A stretch of DNA of 64,000 bases from Camelus ferus (lineage: Eukaryota): NCBI RefSeq assembly GCF_009834535.1, contig NC_045697.1, forward strand, positions 116,996,001-117,060,000, written 5' to 3'. This document shows, in pieces, positions 24,905-36,900 of the stretch. A model generated the notes under the pieces. That model saw only the letters and a program-made list of their open reading frames with translations, searched no databases and had not been told where the DNA came from. Both the position numbers and the translations under genes were made by a program. Numbering within the stretch: position 1 is the stretch's first letter; every line of letters begins with the position of its first letter.

Positions 24905-25770
24905 AAGAGCAAACTGTCATCACTCCGCATATATATTAACAAAAATCTGCAAGGCAAAGTGTGAGTTGCGCTCAGGGGTGATTCACTTCCTCTCTGTAGT
25001 TGAAAGAAACTATACTTTACATTCTCTAAAGGATTTGCTTTCACGGTCTAAATAGATGAAGCCGAAGTGGCTCTTTCCTAGCATTTCACGGCTGCCCAGG
25101 ACAGAGCAGGGACTCCAGAAGCTTCTGCTTACAGCGAGCGGCTAAGATGTGCTGAGTCGTGGAAAGAGGCAGAGCCCTGGGTGGCAATGAGCAGATGGGG
25201 TGTACGGAGCTGTATAATTGGACACAAGTGGCTGGAACCACGGGTTCTAACAGAAGGGACCAGCAAATCACTCTCAGATGAGAGGAGGAGCCTGAATCAT
25301 CAGAAGCCGCAGGTACAGATCACATACACCACCCTGCAGCGGAGCCCGCAGTGGGGTGCGGTAGCGGGGGTGGTTGGAGAGGCCCTGTTGCTCACTGTGG
25401 GCTTCTGGTTCCCACTGAAGGTGGCTTCTTGTAAACGTCTTCGAGTTTGTACAAGTGTGTGCTTCTCACCAATGGAGAGACGGTGGTGCTGTTGAGGGGC
25501 TGTCCCGACACGCAGGTGTCTCTATGGGGCACAATACTTAGATCCTGTTTTTCCAGTGTTGTTCTAAACTCCCAGTTACTTGGGGGCACTCAGGGTTCAG
25601 GAGCAGGTGACACAGGCCTGAATGGGAAACAGTCCTGCTGTCCCAGAAACGCCAAATCAACTAAACTTAGACAGACTGGTGTGTTTACAAAAACATGGAC
25701 AGTCTATAAAGCCCGACTTCGTCTAGCCCCCAACCTGTCCCCTTTACTCCCAAATTCAAACATGCCTGCT

Positions 25771-25932
25771 GGCGGGGAGGGTGTAGCTCAGTGGTGGAGC
25801 ACGTGCTTACTTAGCATGCCTGAGGTCAGGGGTTCAATCCTCAGTAAGTCCATTAAAATTAACTAAATAAATAAACAAACAAACCCAGTCCCCTCCAACA
25901 CAAACAAAAGGAAAAAAAATTTATTTTAAAAA
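25771..25932 (+). mobile_element. tRNA-Ala-derived SINE (long-tail form)
   Basis: GGGGAGGGTGTAGCTCAGTGGT...GGTTCAATCC, bipartite A-rich tail, TSD ATGCCTGCT at 25762-25770 and 25933-25941. Confidence 0.92.
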
Positions 25933-26599
25933 ATGCCTGCTACAAGGAATGGTGTGGAGACAGAAATCTTTATTGCTTATTTATATAGATGAAAGTTTAT
26001 AATGCTTATAATAGGCTAGGAATTTACGTTACACACCATCAAAGTGTCAATTCTAAGATCCTTTATTTTCATGTAGCAGAATGTTTGGGTAATGAAGTTT
26101 CACTAGAGAACAATAAAAAATGAATTAAACGGCCATGGCTGGTGACAGTTTACGAATCTGCTTTTCTCTTTCTCTAACTAGTTTTGCTACTAGTTAATAA
26201 TGCCCTGGGGGAGGGGGGAGCACGATGTTTGCTCTTAGGGCATTGAAATGGTGAGATTTGTGAGTTGTGAACCAGGTGATTGTATAATTAATTTATCATA
26301 CAAAGCAATTCACTTTAAGAACAAAAGGGAATGCTGTTAAAACTCACACAAGGGGCTTAAACTGGGTCTTTTTGGTGAAGTGGCGTGTGTACTTACCCTT
26401 TGGTCTCCTGAATACCTCTATGGAAATAATCAGCATGTATACAGGAGTTTCTTATAGAGGAATAACTCATGGTCTTTAAAATTTTCCTCAGGGCACTGCA
26501 TTCTCAGACTCTGTCCAACCTCACGTCTAGGTTCAATTTGCCAACTGGAATTTTTTTTTTCTGGGGTTGGGTTTGAAAGGCCTACAAGCAGTTTTGTAA

Positions 26600-27250
26600 C
26601 GCGTTATGGGTTTTGAAGTCTCCGCCTTGCTCAAGTCCTCTTCCACTAACCTGACTTTTGAAGGACGGAAGGAAGAAAGGGAGGGGCAGAGGGATGGAGA
26701 CAGGGAGGGAGGGAGGAGGAAGACGGGAGGAAGTCAAGAGTCAGCCGCGCGGTACAAGAACCCAGGCGCGCTGCAGTGTGTCCGGCAGAAAGCGTAGCCG
26801 CTTGGCTGAAACAGGACGACGTCTTCTCAGGCTGAGGCAGAACCTCAGCGATAACTCTGCAGGAAGAGTCCCGTCTCTCTCGGGGGACCATAAAATGGTG
26901 CTTTTTTGCTTTCCAGAGGCTGGGAGCCCCCAAATAGTCGGCTCTGAGCCGCTAGAGGGCGAGCGAGGACCGGGGAGAAAAGAGCCGTAAGGGAGCGCAT
27001 CCTCTCCCTGCCTCCCTGCCTCCCGGTTTCCTTGCCTCCCCGCTTCCCGCCCCCGCTCCATTAATCACATTCCCCGAGGAAGAGAGGAGGAGGCGGGGGC
27101 AGGGGAGAACTAGGATGCAAAGCAGCGGTTATGGGGAAAAGGCACTTCTCCTTCCAGTACTGAAGTCAAGGGAAAAGGGAAGGACCGTTTCAGCGTATCC
27201 TGAAAAGAGCAGAGGACATGGACAGTCTCCGCTTCTATAGGATGAATTCT
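26600..27250. promoter_or_regulatory. CpG/GC-rich promoter-like element
   Basis: Strongest CpG cluster in an otherwise CpG-depleted window (gccgcgcgg, ggcgcgc, gcgagcg); GC boxes at ~27046-27056 and ~27091-27100; purine tract 26660-26735 and pyrimidine tract 27000-27060; no repeat similarity recognised. Target gene not recognised. Confidence 0.7.
26949..26962 (+). promoter_or_regulatory. CTCF-like motif within the CpG element
   Basis: CCGCTAGAGGGCGA, close to the CTCF core, in a CpG-rich context. Confidence 0.6.
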
Positions 27251-28985
27251 AGGGGCTGTAACAATTTTTCAAGTTGACAATGATAAGAATTCCTCCCCCT
27301 CCCTTATTTTTTTTGGGGGGGGGGCAAATGACCAACTATACGAAATGGATTTTTCAGGGTCTAAGAAAATGAGAGTATCGAGTGAACTGAGTTGTAATCA
27401 TAGCTTTGCAACCACATAGCTTTTACATTTTGAGCTCTTTCCTCTGATAATTTTTGTTGTAATAATAGAAGTCCATGTATGAGACTTAGATAACTAAAAC
27501 TCCCCTCCTTTTGCCTTTTCCTCCTGGTGAATAGTTCAAAGACCTAATTCTTTTGCTCCAGAAAGAGCAGGTCGCCGATAGTGACAGCGACTTGAGTTTC
27601 TATTGTTACAGATGATTTTTTTTTGTAATTCACCACATAAAACAAGATGAGATCATATATCTTAGCAAAAATGCTTTCTTTCCCATTTTGCTTTTTCCCT
27701 CCCCAAAGAACAAGTCATTTTTGTGACTAATATGTTCTACTGTATCATCCTGAAAATTCAAAAATTTTTCAGTTTCTAGATGTATTTTTAGTATCAAGGC
27801 GTTTGTCTGTTAGTACAGCATATGCTTGAGAGAATTATGGAGAGAGCGTTTTGTTCGGGAACAGAAACGAATCTGATGAAAAGACTCGCCCTTTTAGGGA
27901 GAAATATCAGTTCCTGTCACTAGTGTTTAGACTGTATATATATTTGGCCTTTTTATTCACCTATTACTTAAAATTTAAGACATTGCTGGGCACTATTGGA
28001 AAAAAAAATGTGCTGCTAGATTTTCCAGAATAGGTTTCAAATTTACAAAGAAAAAAAGAGTAGGAAGGAATTTGTCTACGTGAATCCTTGCTTGGAGTAA
28101 TAGCTTTAATCTGCAAATGATGTCTGTCAATTGCTTTTTTTTTTTCTAAGTAGAATCATATCTTTTATTTGATTTAAATGAAAATTTCAGAGATACATTG
28201 GCCTAGTTATTTGTCAGAGATTTCTAACATGTAACTTTGAGGTTTTTCTGTCTGGGAAGCAAACAATCTCCTCTGCACCCAACGGTTACTGTTGAATAAA
28301 AGGACTTGGGAAATCTGCTTTCAAAATTAAAAAAAAAAAAAAAAAAACAGTAATCCTTATTTATCTCTTTTGTAAATGTAGGCTTCTGTTCTTAGTTTTC
28401 TGGAAATGTTTTCTACCTCTTTATACTGTTTGGTCAAGGATCATGCTCACTGAACGCATCTAAAGGGTTACTATAGATAAATAGGGACCTTAATTAAAAT
28501 AGCACATTTCGTCTTTAAAGAGCCAGATTTTCCAAGAGTTTATTTGTAATGTTCCGAACAATTTTATAGTTCTGTATCTATGTAAATGGGGGGACATTTC
28601 CAAGAGGAAAGCATTTTCTGGGCTGTCCACTCAGTGACTGTTGGCTGGATTTGTTCTTTTCCCCTGGTACATAGAAACTGACTGTTGAAATAATTTTGCC
28701 AGGCAGGCAAACGCTGTTGATCAACGTTATCTTTTGTGGGGCTGAGACATTTGGGGCTTGGAAGAGCAATCTTCAAAGTTAGTGTACTTGTTTTAACTTT
28801 CTAAAATAGCAACCTATTACTTGAAGAAAGGAAGACGGAATTTCGAGGCGCTTGAGCAAAGTAGAAGTGTTTCAGGTCTACTTATTCTCTGGTGCTTGTG
28901 TCCCCAGAGAATTTGGATATGTGAACACTGGATACGACAAATTTACTGAAATATACAAGAGAGATTTAATCGTCAGTCACATCTA

Positions 28986-29118
28986 TTTTTATTTATTTAG
29001 TTTTTGGGGGGCAACCAGGTTTAGGTATTTAGTTTTAGAGGAGGCACTGGGGGTTGAACCCAGGTTGAACCCGTGCATGCTAACCATGCGTTCTGCCTCT
29101 TGAGCTATACCCTCCCCC
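28986..29118 (-). mobile_element. tRNA-Ala-derived SINE (long-tail form)
   Basis: Ends tgagctataccctccccc (reverse complement of the SINE head); B-box segment ggttgaaccc is tandemly duplicated. Confidence 0.9.
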
Positions 29119-29377
29119 AACCCGCATCAATTTTTAGATAAAATTGCCTTAAACAAACAACTTCTACAATTTTGCAAATGTCAATCTAATCTAATTTTGC
29201 CAAATGAAACTAAGATTCTATGATTTCAAATTCTAGCGTAGTAGCTTGTGCATCTTCTGTATTCAGACTGAAGCTATCAGGTATTGAATGGAATCATCAC
29301 AGTATAAAAGCAGAACCATTGTCATGCAAAGACTTGTTTCTCCCTTTACCAAGGTGGCCTCAAAGATGCTGTGAGCG

Positions 29378-29414
29378 AGTGTGTGTGTGTGTGTGTGTCT
29401 GTGTGTGTGTGTGT
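29378..29414. repeat. (TG)n microsatellite
   Basis: About 17 TG units with one interruption. Confidence 0.9.
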
Positions 29415-29739
29415 GGTGAGATTCTCTACAAAATTGACTCAGAGAAAGATGAGTAACAATGCGTGTATTCATGCGATAGGTCACTAGTTAGACATCATTT
29501 TTTACCACTATTCTAATACTATTTCTCCAAGTAAAACTCATACTGAGCCATAATATGCAATATTGTATTTGTACAATTCAGGGAGTTTTTATTATGCCAC
29601 TTTATACTGAGGGGGTACAAACATTTTAAGATTTATTTATATGATACACGTAAGAGTTTCAGCCCCGTTGAGAATAGGTAATACACATGAGCTGAGAGAA
29701 AAGGCAAACAATAGAAATAATCATCACACCTACTGAACT

Positions 29740-29940
29740 AGTCCTTGTTCTACATGCTTTATCAGTGCTGACTTCTTGCACAGCTTTATAAAGTACTACG
29801 GTTACCCTCATCTTACAAACGAGTAAACCAAGGAACAGAGAGACTGGTTAAATTATCCAAGGTAACACAGCTAACTGATGGAGAAGCCAGAGTACAAACC
29901 CAGACACTGTGGCCCCAGAGATGATGTCCTTCATCACAGC
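29740..29940 (-). mobile_element. MIR SINE remnant
   Basis: ccctcatcttacaaacgagtaaacc...ttaaattatccaaggtaacacagcta...aaacccagacactgtggccccagag resembles the MIR core. Confidence 0.75.
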
Positions 29941-31689
29941 TCCGCCCTCCTCTCCTGGTCTGAGGAAACCCCAGGAGGACTTGTGCTGACCCTCAAGGTC
30001 AAGGGCTTGCATCAGAGTCGGAGCAGCGACATTCACTGTGGGAACGGTTAACCAGCTGAGTCAGCATTTGGGTGGGCAGTTCATACTGCCGTCCTTTCAC
30101 GCCTGCCCTGCGCTCACACTTTAACTGTCATTCAGTTAAACTAATTTCTTCACATTTATGGTTTTTTTTTTAATTTAATCTAATTTTTAAATTCTGAAAT
30201 TTCCCCCATCTACTCATTTTGAGAAGGACCTAATATTGTCTGGTGATTTAACTAGATGGATTACACACACAATTTTTATTGCAGTTATAAAAAAAGAAGC
30301 AAACCTTTTTTAGCTTTCACTGACTGAAAAACTTTGAAGAAAAAGTCTCATTTCTGTCCACTCGTTAATCACAAGGAAAGGTACAGCTGGACCTCTTCTG
30401 ATTATTTAAGTCATTGACTGTCTTGGGATAACATGAGAGTGGACTTTTTTGGTGCTTCATCGAATTTTGTGGATCTCAAAGGTCAACATGATGAAATCAC
30501 TCATTCAAAAACTTCCGTCAGCAATACAAAGCATTGTTTGGTACGGTTATTTGGTAGAGTTCAATATGAGAAACATTGTTAGTGTATGTTGCTTTTATGT
30601 AAGTCAAAATTGTGCAGGAATAGTCAATTTACTTTGGTTTTATATTGAATAATTAGGTGAAAAATAAGATTAGTGTAAGCAGATGAAAGTCAGTAAATCA
30701 AGCCTGGGTAAGATTTATTTATTTTTCTTGTCCTGTGCCCTGAATATTTCACATAAAATGGAGCATTTGCAAGGCATTTTTTTCTTATAAATTATTTTTA
30801 TTTCTCAACAATCTAGTTTTCTTTTGGCTGATAGGAAGTTTAGAGACACGTTTGCTTTGCAGCCGTAGAAAGGATATAACATTGCGAGTTGCTTTCACCT
30901 GCTCTCTGTCCTGACCTTCTGTTATTTGATTTAGCATTTCTGTTGCTCTAATTCTTTTGATCTCTGACAGGTGTATTTTCTAGGCTTCACAGACGGATAT
31001 ATAGAGTCGGGTACAAATGATAATAAGGACAACATTTAGCCTTGCTCACTGTTTTTTGGGTTTTTTTTTTTTTTTTTGGCTCTAACTTCGATTTCAAATT
31101 CAGACTCTCACTGGGGCTGAACGATAGGGGAAGACATAAACTTTGAGATGATGCAAAAAAACATAAATCATTCATTTTCTTTATCCTTCAGAGCCTCTTG
31201 ACTTCATAGGCCACCGAGAGTCGCAGCTATGAAATCTGATTCCTTCTTAAATATTGTAATCGTCAAGGTTTGCAGTGGGAAGAGGGGCAGTAAGTGGATC
31301 TGAAAATCTCATCGGTGTTGGGAAAACTCACTGCTTCCACGTGGTGCCCCAGCTTCCACTACTCACCTTCCACTACTAACCTGGGGGACGCCAGCTATGA
31401 TTTTATGAAGGTTTGGAGCCAGAGTCGGAGCCCCAGGCACACCTGGTTCTGATGCCCAGCGGTGGTGGTGGCTGATGGCAGGCTCTATCATGATGTCTCC
31501 AGGAGCACCTCCACTGCCACTGGGTCCTGCCCACGTGGCTTCTTTTCCAGATGCTGAGAACGTGCTTTTGAAGACGCATAATTCAATGGAAACTCCTCCA
31601 GGAGACTCGGCGACCAGGGGCCATCATTGTAGTTGGCACTGGCAGTTACCTACGTGACAGACTTCTCTTCTCCCATTCCAGGATTTAAA

Positions 31690-31990
31690 CATTTAATAAC
31701 ATCGGTACTGAGCTTCTGTTATTATTCCCTGCCAGCCCATTATGGCACATTTCGTGAGTGACCGTGTTCCATTAAAATCTCACACACACGCATGCACGCG
31801 CGCCCACACAGAGTTCCTGTCCTCATGGAGCTTGTGTTGAAGGCAGAAGATAGAAAATTAACCAAATAAGAAACTAAGGTAATTACCAGTTTTAAAAAGT
31901 GCTCAGAAAGAAGCTTACAGGTGCTGTTAACAGAGAGTAACAGGAGGATGGGGGCCTGATAGACCTCCAAGGATGGTCTCCATCAGGGTT
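31690..31990 (-). mobile_element. L2 3' remnant
   Basis: aacatttaat...ctgagc...cctgtcctcatggagcttgtgtt, a typical antisense L2 3' end. Confidence 0.55.
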
Positions 31991-33464
31991 AAGTTCGTAT
32001 ATTCCACATGTCCAATGTGTCTGTTTCTATTTGAGTATTACTTGGTTGCATAATAGCCTTTAAGCCAATTCAAAGCTTTCGTGAAAGTAGCAGGATGTAA
32101 ATAATACGTAGCAGAAATTGCTAGCTGCCCCACCAGCGACAGAGCTATCAACGCACAGGAAGTGTGCGACTGTAAAAGGAAACATAATTTGGAAACTAGC
32201 TTCCACTTCAATGTGGATAATCTCAATTATATGACCAGCAGGTGCAGGTACTAAAATCCTGCAAGTCCTCTATCTAGAGTGTGTTTACTCATTGTACAAT
32301 CTTCTAGGGTGTCACTGACCTACATAAAGAGACGGAAAGTGATGTAAACTCTGAAATGGAGCACATGGGATTCATACAAACTCATTCCAAATAGCAACAC
32401 ATGTGCCTTGAACGATGCTGAGATTTCAGATGAAGAGTGTGTACTTTAGGATCTCAGGCAGAGAAAACACTGGATGGCTGCTGCTCCAGTACAGTGATTT
32501 ACCAGCCTTCTTCATGCTCAATTAGAAATTTCTAGAGCACAGAAGTTGTCAAGTCCCCCACAGAGGCTGAAAAGGAGAGCAAAGAACACAGAGTCAAGCT
32601 CCCAGCACATTTGGCTGAGTCATTAATTTTAACTGCATTGCAATCTGAGGTCTGATATAAAAGGACTGGAAGAGTCAGAAAGAAGTGGTAAAATAGTAGG
32701 AACTAGTTAAAAAGTAGGATTCCTGAGACACACCGGAGGCTCACTGGAAAGAACAGCATTTAAGAAGTTTTGGCTACTTCTGGGAAAAAAAAATTATGGA
32801 AACATTTTTGGGCAGTGTATTATATAGGATAAACAGCATTGGATAATAAAATAACTAATCTTTGAGGGTTTAACAACACGTTCTTCAGTGATGCTGCAAC
32901 ATTAAAAAAAATTCCAGGGATGGAATTAGGACTCAAAGATTTTATTAATCATTAAAAAATATAATTATTTGCATAGGAGAGTTTTTTCATTCAAAAGAAA
33001 CTGGAAAACCTTTCTGATTTGCTTTATGGAAAGTCTCTGGAAACAGAGGATAAGAAGCATGTCTTTGATACATTTCATAATCGCTCACACTTTGTCCTTC
33101 GGGTCACTGACGACTGGTCAGGTGATGGCTGTTACCTTCTTTTTCTCCTGGCACGTAGAGGTCCCACTGACATCTGGAAGATAGCTTATTTACAAACATC
33201 ATTTTTAAAACGGCAGTCCACTCAAAGACACGGTCTTACAAATGGTTAGAAAAGGAGCAGTCTTACTATGATTTATATAAGGAAATGGATACAATAATAA
33301 TTTTTAGTGCCTAGCTGAGTGATAGGAAAAAACAAAGACAACAGTAAGTTATCCACCGGGGAGCCAGCTGAGCACACTTCCAAATGTGTGAACATAACCA
33401 CGAGGCAGGATGGGTTCCAGGTTAAGTTACAAAATAAGTGAACTATGCAAGTGTTTCTCTGGAC

Positions 33465-33995
33465 TAGTTATCTATTGCAGTATACCAAATTTTCATTAAC
33501 CTTATTGGCTAAAAGCAACCTGCATTTATCATGTCACAGTTTCTGTGGGTTAGTGATCTGGGCATGCTTAGCTGGGTCCTCTGTCACAGGGGGTCTCAGG
33601 AAGCCATGGTCAAGATGTTGACCCATGTTAAGGTCTCATCTGAAGCCCGGACTGGGGAAGGATCTGCTGCCAAGTTTACTTTTTTGACAGTTGATAAGAT
33701 TCAGATTCTAGAAGATGGTGAGACTGAGGGCCTGGATTCCTGACAGCTGTTAGCTGGAGACCACCCTCAGGTCCTTGCTAATATGGCCACTGGCCACATC
33801 AGACCAGTAAGAGAGCCTACCAGCAAGGCCGAAGTCACTGTCTGACATAACCTAGTCACAGACCCATACCCTGCCATCTTTGACACATTCTGCTGGTTAG
33901 AAGCAAGTCATAGGTCCCAGGACACCAATGCAGGGGATATTATGCAGGGTATAAGGCCAGGAGGTGAGGGGCACCACTGGGGGTCACGATGGAAG
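33465..33995 (-). mobile_element. MaLR LTR (MLT1 family)
   Basis: tagttatctattgc...catttatcatgtcacagtttctgtgggt...cttagctgggtcctctg...ttagaagcaagtca matches antisense MLT1 text. Confidence 0.82.
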
Positions 33996-36900
33996 CTGTC
34001 TTCTCCAGGTTCCTTTCCTGCATTCACCACTTCTCTGCCTCCTGATTTCTTCATGGGCCTAATCCTGATGAGAAAAAAAAAAAATCCAGCCACATCATCC
34101 CTATTAAGGAAGGAATAATTCTATTTTGTCTGTTTTTAAAGTGTGTACTACCTCTTCTACAGAGACTATGAGGTGACTGGTCACACGTGCAGTGGAAAAA
34201 AATCACAGCAAATATAAAGTAGAAGTGACTGTCAAGATGACATGGAAGAAAAATGGAACTTATTTTTATTAGATACACAAGGCTTCATACAGATATTATT
34301 GCTGCCCTGAGAATTTGGCTTTGATTACCCAGGAAGTTTTAAAGCAGTAAGAAAAAAAAATGACTGTTTACATAGTGCTCCATGTCCTTGGATAACATTC
34401 ACATCATTCTTCAAGGGAAACAAAATCTTGCCTAGTATTTATTCTAAGAATAATGTGTTTTGGTTTGGTTTGATTTTTAATGGGACTTCATGTGAAGGAA
34501 ACCTAGAGAAGTCATCGAAATTTTTCCAACAAATGAAAGTATCAGTTCTGATGGGAACTTGTTGGTATATTTTTTTCCTGATAAAATCCAGAGCCTACTT
34601 AAAACACACAACTTATGGGAAAGGAATTCTGTTGAGGCCAATAAAGTGAGTTTCTCAGGGCTCAGCTTGAGCCCTGAAAATAATTGAGTCTGTATAGATT
34701 CCAAGGTTTGTGACGAGCTCTGATTCATGGGAACTTGTTTGGCTGGGTTCTGATAACATTTCATCAATGGACATTTGGAAGCTTTACTCTGTAACCAAAG
34801 TCAGGTGTGCAGGTCTGCAGTGCAACAGTTAAGGGTAAATTCACTTGTCTGAGGAAAGTTAACACTGAGAAAACAGAAGAAATAACTGCACACCTTAATT
34901 TATTTTCCTGGAAAAAGCAATGGATAAGCTAAATAAATTAATCTGTAATGGTAAAATTTAAACATGGTAACACAGGACTGGGGTCTGTGACCTGATGCGT
35001 GGCTGTTTGTGGAAGACAGGTGTCAGCAGGGACCTTCCAGGCCATGAGGCCTTTCCATGAGGGCTTGTCTGCTCACAGACTCCTTTGCTTGAGGGCAATC
35101 TGGCAGGATCGACTTTCTAATCTATTGTGTTTGCGACTCTAGGGGAAACAGAGGGAACAGAAAAAGAAATAAAGCAGTTGTTACTCCTCAGACACTAAAA
35201 ATACTGATAATAACAGAACAGAAGGATTATAGCAACCAATATTTGAGTTCACATTCCAAAAGGGAAATAAACTTCAGTATAAATTGATAAGCATTTTTGT
35301 CTTTGATTTAAATTCTTTTGGTTAATATTTACTCAAGGTAGAAAGGTCAAAAATATGTAGTCTTCTAAAAGAGTTGTAGGTAGAGTGACATTATGTGTCT
35401 TTTTATTAATAATTAAGGAAAAATAAAATTAATAACAGAACTCCCAAGGATGCTGAAATGCGCATATGACATTTTTACGTTTATTTTAAATTTATGTTGG
35501 ACATGGATGGACCAGATCACTCTGATTTTTCTGTTTGTTTTGTTTTGATTAAATTAGTATACTTCCCTTTTGTTTTTAAACATACTGTCAGCATCATGAA
35601 TTTTATTAACAAATGTTTGCTGACACTCTCCTATGTAAAGGTAACTGCCATAGGTCCCAGAATCCATTACTTAAATAAGAAGAAACTAAAAAAAAAAAAA
35701 AAAAAAAAAGAAACTATTTGGAGAATCGACTATTACTAGTATCCATGATAGATTTATTATATTTTATATTAAATTTGCATGCATAATGTGTATTGATAAA
35801 TAATCAGTGTCAAATGAGCTATGATGTGATGAGCTGTTGAGTGTGATGGTGAGAACTGAAGGCAAGTCGCTGTGGACTGAAGGGGCCAGAGCCTCATGAG
35901 TTCTCTGAAAAGCTATCGAGACACAGTCTGTATGATAAATAGGCCACTAGAGTCAGGGCAGAGTTAGGAGGAAACAGAACCATCTGTCCTGCTTCCTTGA
36001 CTATTAGCTAAAGTTATGGAACGTTATTGGAGTGGGTGTTAGTTATATAAATGGCATAATAATACATTGGTTTAAAAATGGTCTATTACCAAGAGCCAGC
36101 TCTAATACTACAAGAGGGTCTTTTTGGAAGGGAGACACATTGCTGTTCGAAACAACATGCATTCTCTTCCGCTCTGAATCAAGGCTGCACAGAGAGGAAC
36201 CACGAATCCATCAGGGCTGGATCAGAGGACACTCATTTACAGCTTAGTTATATTTTGCTACACTGTTTAGATTCTGGAATAAAGACATATGATTAAAGAA
36301 GTCTGTTGTGCCCCAGCTTTCACTGACAGAATGTGAATTGATTTCATGCCTACTGTGCCAGCAAATGATGCAGAAATCAATGTTTCTTGATTTTGAGAAG
36401 CTTTTGCAGGGCTTGGGAACCCAAATACAAACAGAGCAAACAATATAAGCACAGACGCAGGGATAGTCAAGTGGAAATATTTCTAGCTGGTTATGATGAA
36501 CAACACAGAGCATAATTCATCTTCCAAAAGCAAAGAACAGAAAGACTTTTGGGAAAGGATCCCAGTTGGGCCCTTTTGCCACCAAATCATTTAAAAACAC
36601 ATCGACTGCTCACTATGCTCATTACACTGGCAAAAAAGCTTCTACTATCATGTTTACAACTTCATAACATTAATTTAGTGTTTGCACAGTACTTGATCAT
36701 AAGCCATGTTAACATTTTATTTCACTTGAGCCTCATAAGAACCATTTGAAGGGGGTCACAGATCATCATCATTGATTCAAAAAATGATCGAAATAAGTAA
36801 TGAAAGTAAAAGTTGAATACACTATTTTCAAATGCCCTTCTCTTTTAGAAAAAAAATGTTTTGCTTTATCTTTTTCATTTCTGGAAGGATATCTGATTAC

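Noticed and set aside
26887..26897. CArG box (CCATAAAATGG)
   Set aside because: Seven A/T bases between CC and GG instead of the six in the SRF consensus.
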